64,000 nucleotides of DNA. Source: a bacterium (GTDB lineage Bacteria > UBA8248). The notes below the pieces were generated by a model. The model saw only the letters and a program-made list of their open reading frames with translations. It had not been told where the DNA came from and did no database searches. Location of the stretch: NCBI GenBank assembly GCA_965213625.1, contig CBDBZU010000004.1, forward strand, positions 3,360,001 to 3,424,000, in the 5' to 3' direction. A program made the translations under genes and the position numbers. Positions 47,975 through 58,715 of the stretch are shown here, piece by piece. Numbering within the stretch: the first letter of the stretch is position 1; each line of letters begins with the position of its first letter.

Positions 47975-48850
47975 CTACCTCCGCTCCCCCGTCACGAGCC
48001 ACACGCCCGCCGCCGTCAGACAGGCGCCGATCAGCAGATGCCAGCCCAGTTGCTCGCCCAGATAGAGGGCGCTGCCCATCACACCGACGATGGGCGTCAT
48101 GAAGAAGAACACCGATATCTTGGCGGGCGAATACCTGAGCAGCAGATGTCCCCAGTAGGCCAGGAGCAGCGCGCTCGCCAGGACGCCCATGTAGAACACC
48201 GCGAAAATCTGCGGCCCGCCGATATGGCTGATACCGAAATTCGGTTGAGAGAATGACAAGAAGAAATAGGTCGGCGCGCCGATGAGCATGGACCATCTGG
48301 CGATCGAGGTGACGTCGGATTTGCCGAGATAGCGGCGGTAGTGGATCGTCTGCGTCGCCCATCCTGCGGCAGCGATGAGGATGAAGAAATCGGCCTGCAT
48401 GGAGCCGCCCGCGTCGAGGCTGTTCGAGAACACAGTAACGGTGCCCGCCATCGCCGTCGCGAAGCCGAGCGCCCGCACAAGGGTGATGCGCTCGCCCGTG
48501 AGAAAGAGGGCGCTCAGCAGCATCACCCAGACGGGCTGCGTGTAGAGCAGCACCGAGGCGCGCGCGGCGGCGGTTCCGAACATCCCCTGGTAGAGGAACC
48601 AGACGTAGGCGTTGTGCATGAGGGCGTTCAGGATGCGGTGGCCCTTCTCCTTCCAGGGGTCGTGGTAGGTCACGCTCTCGGGGATGCGCATCACCAACCT
48701 GTAGAGCGTGAGGGTCAGCACCCCCGCGCAGCAGCGCATCCACACGATGGCGTAGGGGGTGAGACCTGAGTAGGCGCCCTTGATGACGGGCTGCGCCATC
48801 CCCCACACCGTCGTGAGGAGGAGCGAGCCCAGCACCAGTTCGAGCGTCAT
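47975..48850 (-). CDS. DMT/EamA family transporter
   Basis: TVWG, ASVLLYTQPVWV, LTGERIT, MTPIVGV...LYLGE; start uncertain. Confidence 0.87.
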   Translation of the reverse strand: MTLELVLGSLLLTTVWGMAQPVIKGAYSGLTPYAIVWMRCCAGVLTLTLYRLVMRIPESVTYHDPWKEKGHRILNALMHNAYVWFLYQGMFGTAAARASVLLYTQPVWVMLLSALFLTGERITLVRALGFATAMAGTVTVFSNSLDAGGSMQADFFILIAAAGWATQTIHYRRYLGKSDVTSIARWSMLIGAPTYFFLSFSQPNFGISHIGGPQIFAVFYMGVLASALLLAYWGHLLLRYSPAKISVFFFMTPIVGVMGSALYLGEQLGWHLLIGACLTAAGVWLVTGERR

Positions 48851-48891
48851 TCCCAAATCGGCGGATGGTTTCGGTGAGGCCGGGTGTCTGT

Positions 48892-49302
48892 TCAATCGTT
48901 CTCCCCGGAGGCGCGGGGCCGCTCGCATATCTCGACGCGGATGTTCTCGGGTCCCTTGATGAAGGCGATCATGCGGCCGCCCACGCCCGCGGGCACGGGG
49001 GCCATGTCAACCTCCGCACCGCGCTCTACCAAGCGAGCGACGCTCGCCGCCACGTCGTCCACCGCGACACCTAAGTGATCCAGGCCGTGCGTGAGCTCGG
49101 GCGCGACGGCGTCCGGCTCGTCGCCGGGGCGGTAGCCCCGGATGCGCAGGTCTCCCTCGCCCAGCTTGTAGATGGCGTAGGGCGCGCCCTTGAAGTCCTC
49201 CTCGTAGGAGATGCACTCGAGGTCGAAGACATTCTCGAAGAAATCCGCCATCGCGCGGACATCGCGCGTCAGGAAATGGACGTGGTCGTACCTGAATTCC
49301 AC
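48892..49302 (-). CDS. VOC/glyoxalase family protein
   Basis: AAAGGAG SD; DHVHF, GLDHLGVAVDD, AFIKGPENIRVEI. Confidence 0.88.
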   Translation of the reverse strand: MEFRYDHVHFLTRDVRAMADFFENVFDLECISYEEDFKGAPYAIYKLGEGDLRIRGYRPGDEPDAVAPELTHGLDHLGVAVDDVAASVARLVERGAEVDMAPVPAGVGGRMIAFIKGPENIRVEICERPRASGEND

Positions 49303-49395
49303 AATAAACTCCTTTCGTGATTGTTCAACTTCACACGCTCATATTACGCTGAACCGAGAATCCCACAGGAAGCGCGGTTTGCACAAACGATTTCC

Positions 49396-49735
49396 ACTTT
49401 GAGGGGTCGGGTATCCCGAGGGGGAATGCCGATGAAAAAGTCCGTAAGGAGAGCATGCAAGCAGTTGGTTTGTAGGGACAACCCTCCGTGGTTGTCCATT
49501 TGCAGGGTGGTTACAATCAGGACAGGCACGGAGGCCTGTCCCTACGGTCGCCATTCGAGGGGGATGCGTAGGGGGTGCTGGTCGGGATTGACCCACCGCG
49601 CGGCATCGGGCTTCGCAGAACGCTTGAGGCCCTCATACCGGTGCCCTTAACCCTCACCCTGAGTAGCCGCCGAAGGCGGCGTATCGAAGGGCGCTCCCTC
49701 GATACGGCGCGCAAGCGCGCCTACTCGGGATGAGG
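49396..49735. repeat. Cluster of repeats: CCCGAGG hairpin, REP pair (49472-49545) and CCTCACCCTGAG element with inverted partner
   Basis: Each part recurs elsewhere in the window (41956, 8284/59879, 7755/50793). Confidence 0.8.
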
Positions 49736-49796
49736 GAGTGGTGAATTCCGACCGAGGATAACTGTTTCAACAACTCACCTTGAAGAAAGGATACCC

Positions 49797-50708
49797 ATGC
49801 CGAAAACAAAAATCATTGGCGAGGAGCACCGGGCGCATCGAGACGGAGCCGACTTGTTCTTGTGGAGAAAGCGAAATGCGGGCCTCGAAAAACCGGGGGA
49901 CGCCGTACTCCTCGTGCACGGTTCGTCCATGGCCTCCACGCCCACTTTCGACCTCCAGGTGAAATCGCGGCCCGGATACTCCCTGATGGACTATCTCGCC
50001 GAACGCGGCTACGACGTCTGGTGCGTGGACTGCGAGGGTTACGGGAGGTCCACCAAGTCGAGGCGGGTCTCCTGCGGCATCGAGCGCGGCGCGGGGGACC
50101 TCCTCGCGGCGGCGAACGTGATCCGGCGAGTGAGCAGAAAGAACGCGCTTCACCTCTACGGCATCTCGTCCGGCGCGCTGCGGGCCGCGCTTTTCGCGCA
50201 GAAAAACCCCCGGCGCGTGAAGCGGCTCATCCTGGACGCCTTCGTCTGGACGGGCGAAGGAAGCCCGACCCTCGCGGAGAGAAGCAAGCGGTTTGAGGGC
50301 GTGGCCTCCACGTCGAGAAGGCCCGTGAACCCGGCGTTCATCAAGACCATCTTCACGCGCGATCATCCCGGCACGGCGTACCACGACGTCATCAATGAAT
50401 TCGCAGAGGCCATCTGCGAACTCGACGACACGATCCCGAACGGCACCTACATCGACATGTGCGAGCGCCTGCCGTTGGTGAACCCCAAGAAAATCACCGC
50501 CTCGGTGATGATTACGCGCGGGCAGTTCGACGGAATCGCCCATCTCGACGACCTTGTGGAGTTCTTCAAGCTGCTGCCGAACCCGGACAAGCAGTTCGTC
50601 GTGATGCCCGGGATCGCGCACGCGAGCCTGCAGGAGAAAAACCACGACATCGTCTACTACCTGATCGAGCGCTTCTTCAGCCAGCCCGCGCCCGTTTTCA
50701 AGGGTTGA
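49797..50708 (+). CDS. Alpha/beta hydrolase
   Basis: LLVHGSS, SLMDYLA..GYDVW.VD..GYGRS, GISSG, GQFDGIA, GIAH. Confidence 0.88.
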   Translation: MPKTKIIGEEHRAHRDGADLFLWRKRNAGLEKPGDAVLLVHGSSMASTPTFDLQVKSRPGYSLMDYLAERGYDVWCVDCEGYGRSTKSRRVSCGIERGAGDLLAAANVIRRVSRKNALHLYGISSGALRAALFAQKNPRRVKRLILDAFVWTGEGSPTLAERSKRFEGVASTSRRPVNPAFIKTIFTRDHPGTAYHDVINEFAEAICELDDTIPNGTYIDMCERLPLVNPKKITASVMITRGQFDGIAHLDDLVEFFKLLPNPDKQFVVMPGIAHASLQEKNHDIVYYLIERFFSQPAPVFKG

Positions 50709-50748
50709 AGGCGCCCGGCGGCGGGAATGGCCCCCGGGCGCAGCGCAC

Positions 50749-50933
50749 GGGGTTGTTGAAAATGCCTGTCTGCGACCCCCGCAAGCCTCTTTCCTCACCC
50801 TGAGTAGCCGCCGGAGGCGGCGTATCGAAGGGCGAGGGAATCGAACGCCCCGCGCCGATGCGAGAAGACATCCTTCGATACGCAGCTTCGCCGCTACTCT
50901 GGATGAGGCAGAGAGGACTTATTCAACAACCCC
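50749..50933. mobile_element. MITE-like element with TIRs carrying a CCTCACCCTGAG palindrome pair
   Basis: ggggttgttgaa ... ttcaacaacccc, 12-bp perfect TIR. Confidence 0.75.
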
Positions 50934-51068
50934 ACACCCTCCCTCGCTTGATTCGGGCGGGGCAATGGGGCTAGATTAGGGCCATCTATTCGTACAGACG
51001 GCAGGGGCGAGAACGTCCCTTATCGAAAAGCGAATGAAATCTTATCCCTCAAGCAGAAAGGCTTATTT

Positions 51069-51890
51069 ATGGAAACCCAGGACTGGTATTCCGTCAACAA
51101 TTTTGCTCCGGGCAGCTACCAAATCACCGAGGGCGGCAGGTTCAACATGCTCCTCCTGGTGGGAGACGAGAAGGCGGTCGCCATCGACGGCGGCATCGGC
51201 ATCGCGAATCTGAAGAAACTCTACGAGAGCATTACGGACAAGCCCATCGACTTCGTCCTCACCCACACGCACTGGGACCACGTGGGCGCGGCCTCGCAGT
51301 GGGACAGCGTGGGCGTACATCCCGTTGGCAAGGACCTCCTCGCCAACGATTTGTCGAAACTCGAACAAGGCTTCCTGAACATGTGGAAGAACAACGGGAA
51401 CACCTTCCCCGACTGGTTCGACGAGGACGCCTACGGCATCAAGCCCGCCACGTTCGGCTGGACGCTCTCAGAGGGCGACACTTTCGACCTGGGCAACAGG
51501 AAGTTCCACGTCTACGAGACGCCCGGGCACTCCCCGTGCAGCATTTCGCTCTATGACGAGCGCGAGAAGATTCTCGTCTCGGGCGACCTGATCCGTTGTG
51601 AGGAATACCTCTTCTTACAAGTGCCCACGGCGGTGCTCTCCGACTATGCGCCCTCGCTGCGGAAGCTCGAGAAAGTCGCCGCGGAGAACGAGGTGCGCTG
51701 GATCACCTCGGGCCATACCGACCCCTACCCCGACCCCTCCATCATCGGCGAAATGGCGCAGAACATGGAGGATCTCGAAGCGGGCAAGTGCGAACCGCCC
51801 GCCAAGGTGGACGGCGGCGCATGGGGCGAGGTGGACGAGTACGTGTTCCCCCGCGTGAAGGTGTGGATTCAGGACCACGCGAGAAAGTAA
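51069..51890 (+). CDS. Metallo-beta-lactamase fold hydrolase
   Basis: THTHWDHVG, TPGHSP, SGD, SGH. Confidence 0.92.
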   Translation: METQDWYSVNNFAPGSYQITEGGRFNMLLLVGDEKAVAIDGGIGIANLKKLYESITDKPIDFVLTHTHWDHVGAASQWDSVGVHPVGKDLLANDLSKLEQGFLNMWKNNGNTFPDWFDEDAYGIKPATFGWTLSEGDTFDLGNRKFHVYETPGHSPCSISLYDEREKILVSGDLIRCEEYLFLQVPTAVLSDYAPSLRKLEKVAAENEVRWITSGHTDPYPDPSIIGEMAQNMEDLEAGKCEPPAKVDGGAWGEVDEYVFPRVKVWIQDHARK

Positions 51891-51909
51891 CCCTCTGAAA
51901 AGAGACGCC

Positions 51910-52725
51910 ATGGACACGCAAGGCTGGTATGAGGTCATAGAGTTCGCGCCGGGCGCCTATCAGATATCAGAGGCCGGGCGGTGGAACATGTTCCTCCTCG
52001 TGGGCGAGGAGAAGGCGCTTTCGCTCGACGGCGGAATCGGCGTGGGCAGCGTGCGCAGGCTCTGCGAGTCGATTACCGATCTGCCGGTTGAGCACGTCCT
52101 CACCCACACGCACTGGGACCACGTGGGCGCGGTGCATGAATGGGAGGCGGTGGGCGTTCACCCGAATGGCAAGGACAAGCTGGCAAACGACTACAGCGCG
52201 GGTTGCAAGGATTTCGTCCAGACGTGGACCGGCAAACCCTTCCCCGAAGGGTTCGACCCCGAGACCTTCACCATACCGCCCGGAAAATTCGGCCGGGCGG
52301 TTTCCGAAGGCGATACGATCGACCTCGGCGGCAGAAAGATTCACGTATACGACACGCCGGGACACTCGCCTTGCAGCATCTCGCTCTATGATGAGAAAGA
52401 GCGCGTCCTGATCTCGGGCGATCTGGTGAAGCCCGGCCAGCCGCTCTTCATCCAGGTGCCGACGGCCGTCCTGTCCCAGTACGGGCCTTCGATGCGAAGG
52501 CTCCAGAAAATCGCGGAAGAAAACGACGCCAGATTCGTCTGCTCGGGCCATACCGACCCGTGTGAGGATATCGCCGTCATCGGGCGGATGGCGCAGTTCG
52601 TGGAAGAAGTAGCTGCTGGAGCGCACGAGCCACCCGCCAAGGTGGAAGCAGGCAAATGGGGCGTCGTGGACGAGTACGTAGCAGATGGCTTCAAGGTTTG
52701 GACGAACGATAACGCGAGAAAATAG
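51910..52725 (+). CDS. Metallo-beta-lactamase fold hydrolase (tandem paralog)
   Basis: Same motifs, co-linear with 51069..51890. Confidence 0.92.
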   Translation: MDTQGWYEVIEFAPGAYQISEAGRWNMFLLVGEEKALSLDGGIGVGSVRRLCESITDLPVEHVLTHTHWDHVGAVHEWEAVGVHPNGKDKLANDYSAGCKDFVQTWTGKPFPEGFDPETFTIPPGKFGRAVSEGDTIDLGGRKIHVYDTPGHSPCSISLYDEKERVLISGDLVKPGQPLFIQVPTAVLSQYGPSMRRLQKIAEENDARFVCSGHTDPCEDIAVIGRMAQFVEEVAAGAHEPPAKVEAGKWGVVDEYVADGFKVWTNDNARK

Positions 52726-52741
52726 CGGAGGATCAACCCAA

Positions 52742-54688
52742 GTGAACGCCTCGGACATCATTTGGCGACCGGATGAGGATTTTCTGACGAACAGCCACGT
52801 CGCCAAGCTGATGAAAAAGCTCGGCATGACGGATTACCGCGAGTTCCTCAAGTGGTCGATCGAGGACATCCGCCGCTTCTGGGAGGTCGTGCTCGAAGAC
52901 ATGGGTTTTGAGTGGTACAGACCCTATGACGAGCTTCTCGACCTGAGCGGCGGCTTCCCGTGGGCGAAATGGTTCATCGGCGGGGAGACGAACCTCGTCC
53001 TGAACTGCATCGACCGCCACGTGGCGGGCGGCCGCAAGGACCAGACCGCGCTCGTCTGGGAGAGCGACGGTGGAGAAACCCGCACATTCACCTACGCCGA
53101 ACTCTCTGCGGAAGTATCGCGCCTCGCGAACGCCATGCGCGAGATGGGCCTGAAACCAGGCGACGTGGCGGGCGTGTTCCTCCCCATGGTGCCAGAAGCC
53201 GCCATCGTCATGTACGCGTGCTTCAAGACGGGCGTGGCCGTGCTGCCCGTCTTCTCGGGCTTCGGCCCCGAGGGTCTGGCCGAGCGCCTCATACACGCCG
53301 AGGCGCGCATTCTCTTCACGGTGGACGGCGCCGTGCGCCGGGGCAAGAAGGTTCCCTTGAAAGGCACGGTGGACGCAGCGCTGGAGCGCGGCACGAAGGT
53401 GGAGAAAGTGGTCGTGCTCGAACGCTCGGGCGACGCTGTTCCCATGCAGGAGGGACGCGACGTCTCCTGGGACGATTTCGTCGATGGAAAATCGACAGAA
53501 GCCGAGACCGAGCGGCTTCCCGCCAACGCCGTCTCGATGATCATGTACACCTCTGGCACCACCGGCAAGCCCAAGGGCACCGTCTACACCCACGCAGGGC
53601 TGATGAGCGGCCCCGGGCGCGAACTCAAGTATTGCCTCGACATGCGGGACGGCGACACCGTCTTCTGGGTGACGGACTTCGGCTGGGTGATGGCGCCCTA
53701 CGAGTTGGTTGGCTCTCACTTCAGCGGACACTCGTGCCTGCTCTATGAGAGCGTGCCGAACCACCCCACGCCCGACAGGCTGTGGCAAATCATCGCGAGA
53801 CACGGTGTCACCCACCTGGGGCTTTCGCCCACGGCGGTGCGCGTGCTGATAAGCGCGGGCGATGAATGGGTGGAAGGCCACGACCTATCTTCCCTGCGCG
53901 TGCTGGGCTCGACGGGCGAACCCTGGGACCCGGAATCCTATATGTGGTATTTCGAAAAAGTGGGCGGCGGGCGGTGCCCCATCATGAACATATCGGGCGG
54001 CACCGAGATTGGCGCATGTCTCCTGCAACCCCTGCCCGTCATGGACTTAAGCCCGTGCACGCTGGGTGCTCCCGCCATGGGAACGGACGCCGACGTGTTC
54101 GGCGAAGACGCAAAACCGATTCGCGGCGAGGTGGGCCATCTCGTGCTCAAACAGCCCATTCCCTCGCTCACCAACGGCTTCTGGAAGGAGCCGGACCGCT
54201 ACCTGGAAACCTACTTCTCCCGCTGGGAGGGCGTGTGGTACCACGGCGACTGGGCCAAGGTGGACGAGCAGGGGCTCTGGTATCTCTACGGGCGCTCGGA
54301 CGACACCATCAAGGTATCGGGCAAGCGCGTGGGGCCGAACGAAATCGAATCGGAACTCATCAAGCACCCCGGCGTCATCGAGGCGGCCGTGGTGGGGACG
54401 CCGCACCCGGTGAAGGGAGAGGGTTTGACGTGCTTCGTCGTCATGCACGACACCTACGAGCCGACCGACGCCCTGCGCGAGGAGCTTAAGGATCAGGCGG
54501 TGGAATATCTCGGCAAGAGCCTGCGGCCTGATGAGGTCAGGTTCGTGAAAGCGCTGCCCAAGACGCGCTCCGCGAAAATCGTGAGAAACGCCATAAAGAA
54601 GGTCTACCTGGGCGAGCCGGTGGACCACATGGACTTCAACTCGCTCGAAAACCCCGCGCACCTGGACGCCATCAAGGAAGCGGTGTAG
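52742..54688 (+). CDS. AMP-forming acyl-CoA synthetase (acetate-CoA ligase-like)
   Basis: GGAGGA SD before GTG; YTSGTTGKPKG, TGEPW, SGGTE, WYHGD, GRSDD, LPKTRSAK. Confidence 0.92.
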   Translation: MNASDIIWRPDEDFLTNSHVAKLMKKLGMTDYREFLKWSIEDIRRFWEVVLEDMGFEWYRPYDELLDLSGGFPWAKWFIGGETNLVLNCIDRHVAGGRKDQTALVWESDGGETRTFTYAELSAEVSRLANAMREMGLKPGDVAGVFLPMVPEAAIVMYACFKTGVAVLPVFSGFGPEGLAERLIHAEARILFTVDGAVRRGKKVPLKGTVDAALERGTKVEKVVVLERSGDAVPMQEGRDVSWDDFVDGKSTEAETERLPANAVSMIMYTSGTTGKPKGTVYTHAGLMSGPGRELKYCLDMRDGDTVFWVTDFGWVMAPYELVGSHFSGHSCLLYESVPNHPTPDRLWQIIARHGVTHLGLSPTAVRVLISAGDEWVEGHDLSSLRVLGSTGEPWDPESYMWYFEKVGGGRCPIMNISGGTEIGACLLQPLPVMDLSPCTLGAPAMGTDADVFGEDAKPIRGEVGHLVLKQPIPSLTNGFWKEPDRYLETYFSRWEGVWYHGDWAKVDEQGLWYLYGRSDDTIKVSGKRVGPNEIESELIKHPGVIEAAVVGTPHPVKGEGLTCFVVMHDTYEPTDALREELKDQAVEYLGKSLRPDEVRFVKALPKTRSAKIVRNAIKKVYLGEPVDHMDFNSLENPAHLDAIKEAV

Positions 54689-54690
54689 CC

Positions 54691-56634
54691 ATGCCCGAAG
54701 AAATCATCTGGCAACCGAACGAGGATTTTCTCGAAAATTCGAACGTCGCCCGTTTCATGAAGAAACAGGGGCTGGCGAGTTACGAAGCGCTGATTGATTA
54801 TTTCCGGGAAGACGTCGGCCGCTTCTGGTCGGCCATCGAGAAGGACATGGGGGTCTCCTGGTACAAGCCGTATGACGAGATAATGGACCCATCGGGCGGC
54901 CTGCCCTGGACGAAGTGGTTCGTGGGCGGGGAGCTCAACATCGTCCACAACTGCATCGACAGACATCTGACGACGCCCAGGCGCGACAAGACGACCCTCA
55001 TCTGGGAAGGCGACGGCGGCGAGGTACGCCGGTACACCTACGCCGAGATGAACGCCCGCGTCTGCCGCCTGGCGAACGCCATGCGCGAGATGGGGATGCG
55101 CCCCGGCGACAGCGCCGGCATTTTCATGTCCATGCTCCCCGAGACGGTGTTCGCCATGTTCGCGTGTCTCAAGATCGGAGTGGTCGCGATTCCCATCTTC
55201 TCGGGCTTCGGCCCCGAGGCGGTCGCCGAGCGACTCGAGCACGCCGAGGCGCGGCTCGTCTTCACCTCGAACGGCGGGATGCGCCGGGGCAAGGAAATCG
55301 GTGTGAAGGACCTGATGGACAAGGCCCTGGACCTCGGGACGCAGGTCGAAAAGGTGGTGGTCTTCAAGAGAACCGATACGGACGTCCCCATGCAGGCCGG
55401 ACGGGACGTGTACTGGGACGATTTCATCGACGGACAATCCGAAGAAGCCGAAACCGAGCGCCTGCCCGCCGAGGCCCACTCCCTCATCATCTATACCTCG
55501 GGCACCACCGGAAAGCCGAAAGGCACGGTGCACACCCACGCGGGCTGCATGCTGAACGTCTCCAAGGAGATCCGCTACTGCATGGACCTGCGCGATGAGG
55601 ACACCTTGTTCTGGGTGACGGACATCGGCTGGATGATGGGTCCCTGGAAGATGATAGGCGTTCAGTTCGGGGGCGGCACCTATCTGATTTATGAGGGCGC
55701 GCCCAACTGGCCCGAACCCGACAGGCTCTGGAAGATGCTGAGCGACCACGGGGTCACCATCTTCGGCGTCTCGCCCACCGCCGTGCGGCTCTTGATCAGC
55801 ATGGGCGATGAATGGGTGGAAAAACACGACCTCTCAAGGTTGCGCGTGCTGGCCTCGACCGGCGAGCCATGGGACCCTGAATCCTACATGTGGTATTTCG
55901 AAAAGGTGGGCGGCGGGCGGTGCCCCGTCATGAACATATCGGGCGGCACCGAGCTTTGCGGCTGCATACTCCAGCCCTACCCCATCGTCCCGCTCACGCC
56001 GTGCTCCCTCGGCGGCCCGGCCCTGGGCTCTGACGCCGACGTGTTCAATGAGGAGGGTGAGCCCGTGCGCGGGGAAATCGGCCATCTCGTGCTCAAACAG
56101 CCCGTTCCCTCGATGACCAAGGGTTTCCTGAAAGACGATGCGCGCTTCCTCGAGACGTATTTCTCGCGCTGGCCGGACGTGTGGTACCACGGCGACTGGG
56201 CGCGCCTGGATGCGGACGGGCAGTGGTATCTCTTCGGGCGGTCGGACGACACCATCAACATCGCGGGCAAGCGCGTGGGACCCGCCGAGGTGGAATCGGC
56301 GCTCATCCGGCATCTCGCCGTGGTGGAGGCCGCCGTCATCGGCGCGCCGCACCCCATCAAGGGCGAGGGGCTATGCTGTTTCGTGGTGCTGGCCGGGGGC
56401 CATGAACCGAGCGATGCGCTCCGTGAGGAGCTGAAAGAAGAGACCGTCAAATATCTGGGAAAGAGTCTCAGGCCCGATGAAGTGAAGTTCGTCGAGGCGC
56501 TGCCCAAGACGCGCTCGGCCAAAATCGTGCGCGCCGCCATCAAGAAGGTGTATATGGGCGAGGACCCCGCGAGCATCGACACGTCATCCATCGAGGTACC
56601 GGAGTTTTTACGCGCCATCAAAGAGGCGCGATGA
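54691..56634 (+). CDS. AMP-forming acyl-CoA synthetase (tandem paralog)
   Basis: Same motifs, co-linear with 52742..54688. Confidence 0.92.
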   Translation: MPEEIIWQPNEDFLENSNVARFMKKQGLASYEALIDYFREDVGRFWSAIEKDMGVSWYKPYDEIMDPSGGLPWTKWFVGGELNIVHNCIDRHLTTPRRDKTTLIWEGDGGEVRRYTYAEMNARVCRLANAMREMGMRPGDSAGIFMSMLPETVFAMFACLKIGVVAIPIFSGFGPEAVAERLEHAEARLVFTSNGGMRRGKEIGVKDLMDKALDLGTQVEKVVVFKRTDTDVPMQAGRDVYWDDFIDGQSEEAETERLPAEAHSLIIYTSGTTGKPKGTVHTHAGCMLNVSKEIRYCMDLRDEDTLFWVTDIGWMMGPWKMIGVQFGGGTYLIYEGAPNWPEPDRLWKMLSDHGVTIFGVSPTAVRLLISMGDEWVEKHDLSRLRVLASTGEPWDPESYMWYFEKVGGGRCPVMNISGGTELCGCILQPYPIVPLTPCSLGGPALGSDADVFNEEGEPVRGEIGHLVLKQPVPSMTKGFLKDDARFLETYFSRWPDVWYHGDWARLDADGQWYLFGRSDDTINIAGKRVGPAEVESALIRHLAVVEAAVIGAPHPIKGEGLCCFVVLAGGHEPSDALREELKEETVKYLGKSLRPDEVKFVEALPKTRSAKIVRAAIKKVYMGEDPASIDTSSIEVPEFLRAIKEAR

Positions 56635-56635
56635 G

Positions 56636-56893
56636 GTGTCGCTCCTGAATTGCCCCGAATGCGGGGGGCTCCTGAGCACCGAAGCCGAATCGTGTCCCCA
56701 CTGCGGTTATCCGCTCAAAAAAGGCGGCATCGCGGGCGTCTTCAAAGCCATCGCCCAGATCCCGTGTTTCGTCGCCGGGCTGATTCTCATCTTCATTTTT
56801 CTGTTCTTCGGCCTGATTCTCCTGGACGTCTACTACTTCCACGGACTGCTCTTCAAGTTGTTCGGGGTCGAGACCCACGTCACCACTTTCTAG
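56636..56893 (+). CDS. Zinc-ribbon membrane protein
   Basis: CPECG..LS..A..CPHCG.P followed by a TM helix. Confidence 0.75.
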   Translation: MSLLNCPECGGLLSTEAESCPHCGYPLKKGGIAGVFKAIAQIPCFVAGLILIFIFLFFGLILLDVYYFHGLLFKLFGVETHVTTF

Positions 56894-56919
56894 GCGCAGG
56901 CGTAAGGGGTTGCGTTTTT

Positions 56920-57045
56920 GTAGGGACAGGCCCCCGTGCCTGTCCTGGCGGGCAACAACCAGGGAAGAAGGTCAACCACAGGGGGTTGTCCCTACTACAA
57001 ACCCTCGGGAGAAACCCCTCCCCCTTTTGAGAGGGAGAGGGGACT
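56920..57045. repeat. REP pair plus CCCCTCCCCC..GGGAGAGGGG hairpin
   Basis: gtagggacaggcccccgtgcctgtcc ... ggtcaaccacagggggttgtccctac. Confidence 0.72.
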
Positions 57046-57163
57046 TTTTCAGCAGATCCGGCTTTCGACAAATTCCCCCACGCGAACCCGCCCGGCCCTT
57101 GTTCCCTGCCCCTCGAATGGCTAAGCTGGCGCTTCGTTTCGTCACAGGCAAGCAGGGGATACT

Positions 57164-57910
57164 TTGGACTACTCGACGTATGAGCTACAGGCGGTCGGGA
57201 TCGCCGCCTTTTTCGTCGGCTTTCTGAAAACCACCTTCAGCTCCGGGATCGGCATCTTCCTCGTCCCGATCATGATCATGTTCTGGCCCACGCGGTTCAT
57301 CATCGGCATCATCGCCGTCGTCATGTGGGTGACGGACTTTTTCGCCATCCCCATGTTCTGGAAACAGTGGGAGAGCCGCTATCTGCGCTACCTGGTGCCG
57401 GGCTTCTACATCGGCATCATCATCGGCGTCTACGCGCTGGTGAACCTGCCCGATTACTGGCTGAGAAAGGGGATCGGCCTCACCTGCGTCTTCTTCGCCG
57501 GGCTGTTCATCTGGCGCCAGTTCCGGGGGGAGATCAAGCCGCCGCCCATCAGTCCCCAGGCGGGCGTGGGAATCGGGATAGGCGGCGGAATCATCAGCGC
57601 CATGTTCCACTCGGGCGGCCTCGTACTGAGCCTGTTCTTCGTCAGCCAGGGCATGTCCAAAACGGCGATAGTGGCGAGCATCCTCATCGTATGGTTCTGC
57701 GTGAACCCCTTCAAGGTCACCTCGCTCTGGTACGGGGGCGTCGTCCAGACGCCGATGCTCGTGGCGGGGGCTCTCGCCTTTCCGCTGGCGTGGGCCGGGA
57801 GCTGGTTCGGCAGGCAGGCGCTCCGCCAGATACCCCAGAGAGGATTCACCTTCATCTTACTGCTCCTGTCCCTCATCACCGCCCTGCGCCTTTTACTCGA
57901 GACGAACTAG
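57164..57910 (+). CDS. TauE/SafE family sulfite exporter-like membrane protein
   Basis: GF.KT.F..GIG...VP, about 8 TM helices, H.GG, NPFK. Confidence 0.8.
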   Translation: MDYSTYELQAVGIAAFFVGFLKTTFSSGIGIFLVPIMIMFWPTRFIIGIIAVVMWVTDFFAIPMFWKQWESRYLRYLVPGFYIGIIIGVYALVNLPDYWLRKGIGLTCVFFAGLFIWRQFRGEIKPPPISPQAGVGIGIGGGIISAMFHSGGLVLSLFFVSQGMSKTAIVASILIVWFCVNPFKVTSLWYGGVVQTPMLVAGALAFPLAWAGSWFGRQALRQIPQRGFTFILLLLSLITALRLLLETN

Positions 57911-57912
57911 GA

Positions 57913-58659
57913 ATGCCGGATTTCACCCTCATCGAGTGGTGCTTCGTGCTCGCGGCGGCGTTTTGCAACGGGTTTCTCGTGCGCACGTTCGGGGCGGGCG
58001 TGGGCCTGGTGATCACCCCCTTCCTCATATTCGCGTTCTCGCCCTCTTTCTCGCTCGGCCTCATTGCGATGTTCAGTTGCTGGTCGGGCCTGGGGTCGGC
58101 GCCCCATTTCTGGGGAAAGTGGAACCTGCGCTACGTGTTCCTGCTGGCGCCCGGCATCGTGGTCGGGCTGGCCGGAGGCGTCTGGCTGCTCACCTGGCTC
58201 CCGGGCGCGGGACTGAAACTCCTGATCGGCGCCATCTGCTTATCGCTCGCCTCCTACCAGACGCTCATCGAGATCAGGGGCAGGCCCTTCGATATCCCTC
58301 CCCTGCCGATGTGGCAGGGCGGGGGCTTCGGGGTCATGAGCGGGCTTTGCTCCGCGCTCGCCAACAGCGGGGCGATCTTCCTCACCCCCGTGCTCATCAG
58401 CCAGAGACTGGAGAAACTCACCCTGGTGAGCACGATATGGGCGCTCTACGCGGTGTTCAACCCCATCAAGGTGGTCGCCTTCTGGCAGGTATCCGTGGTG
58501 ACATGGGACACCATCTGGGCGACCGTGGTCGGCCTGCCCGTGCTGTGGCTGGGCATCAAGGCGGGCGCATGGGTGCAGGAGCGGCTGAGCGGACGCACGT
58601 TCAACCTGTGCGTGCTGAGCATCGCCCTGGGGGGTTCGATACGGCTGTTGCTCGTCTGA
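57913..58659 (+). CDS. TauE/SafE family membrane protein (tandem paralog)
   Basis: [26 protein letters not shown], about 8 TM helices. Confidence 0.8.
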   Translation: MPDFTLIEWCFVLAAAFCNGFLVRTFGAGVGLVITPFLIFAFSPSFSLGLIAMFSCWSGLGSAPHFWGKWNLRYVFLLAPGIVVGLAGGVWLLTWLPGAGLKLLIGAICLSLASYQTLIEIRGRPFDIPPLPMWQGGGFGVMSGLCSALANSGAIFLTPVLISQRLEKLTLVSTIWALYAVFNPIKVVAFWQVSVVTWDTIWATVVGLPVLWLGIKAGAWVQERLSGRTFNLCVLSIALGGSIRLLLV

Positions 58660-58715
58660 ATCCCTTCCCCTCCCCTCTCATGATAATATGGGTCAATTCT
58701 CAAGGAGGAACCACA

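Noticed and set aside
51069-52725. Antibiotic-resistance beta-lactamases
   Set aside because: Only the generic HxHxDH fold motif is present, with no signal peptide and a metabolic context
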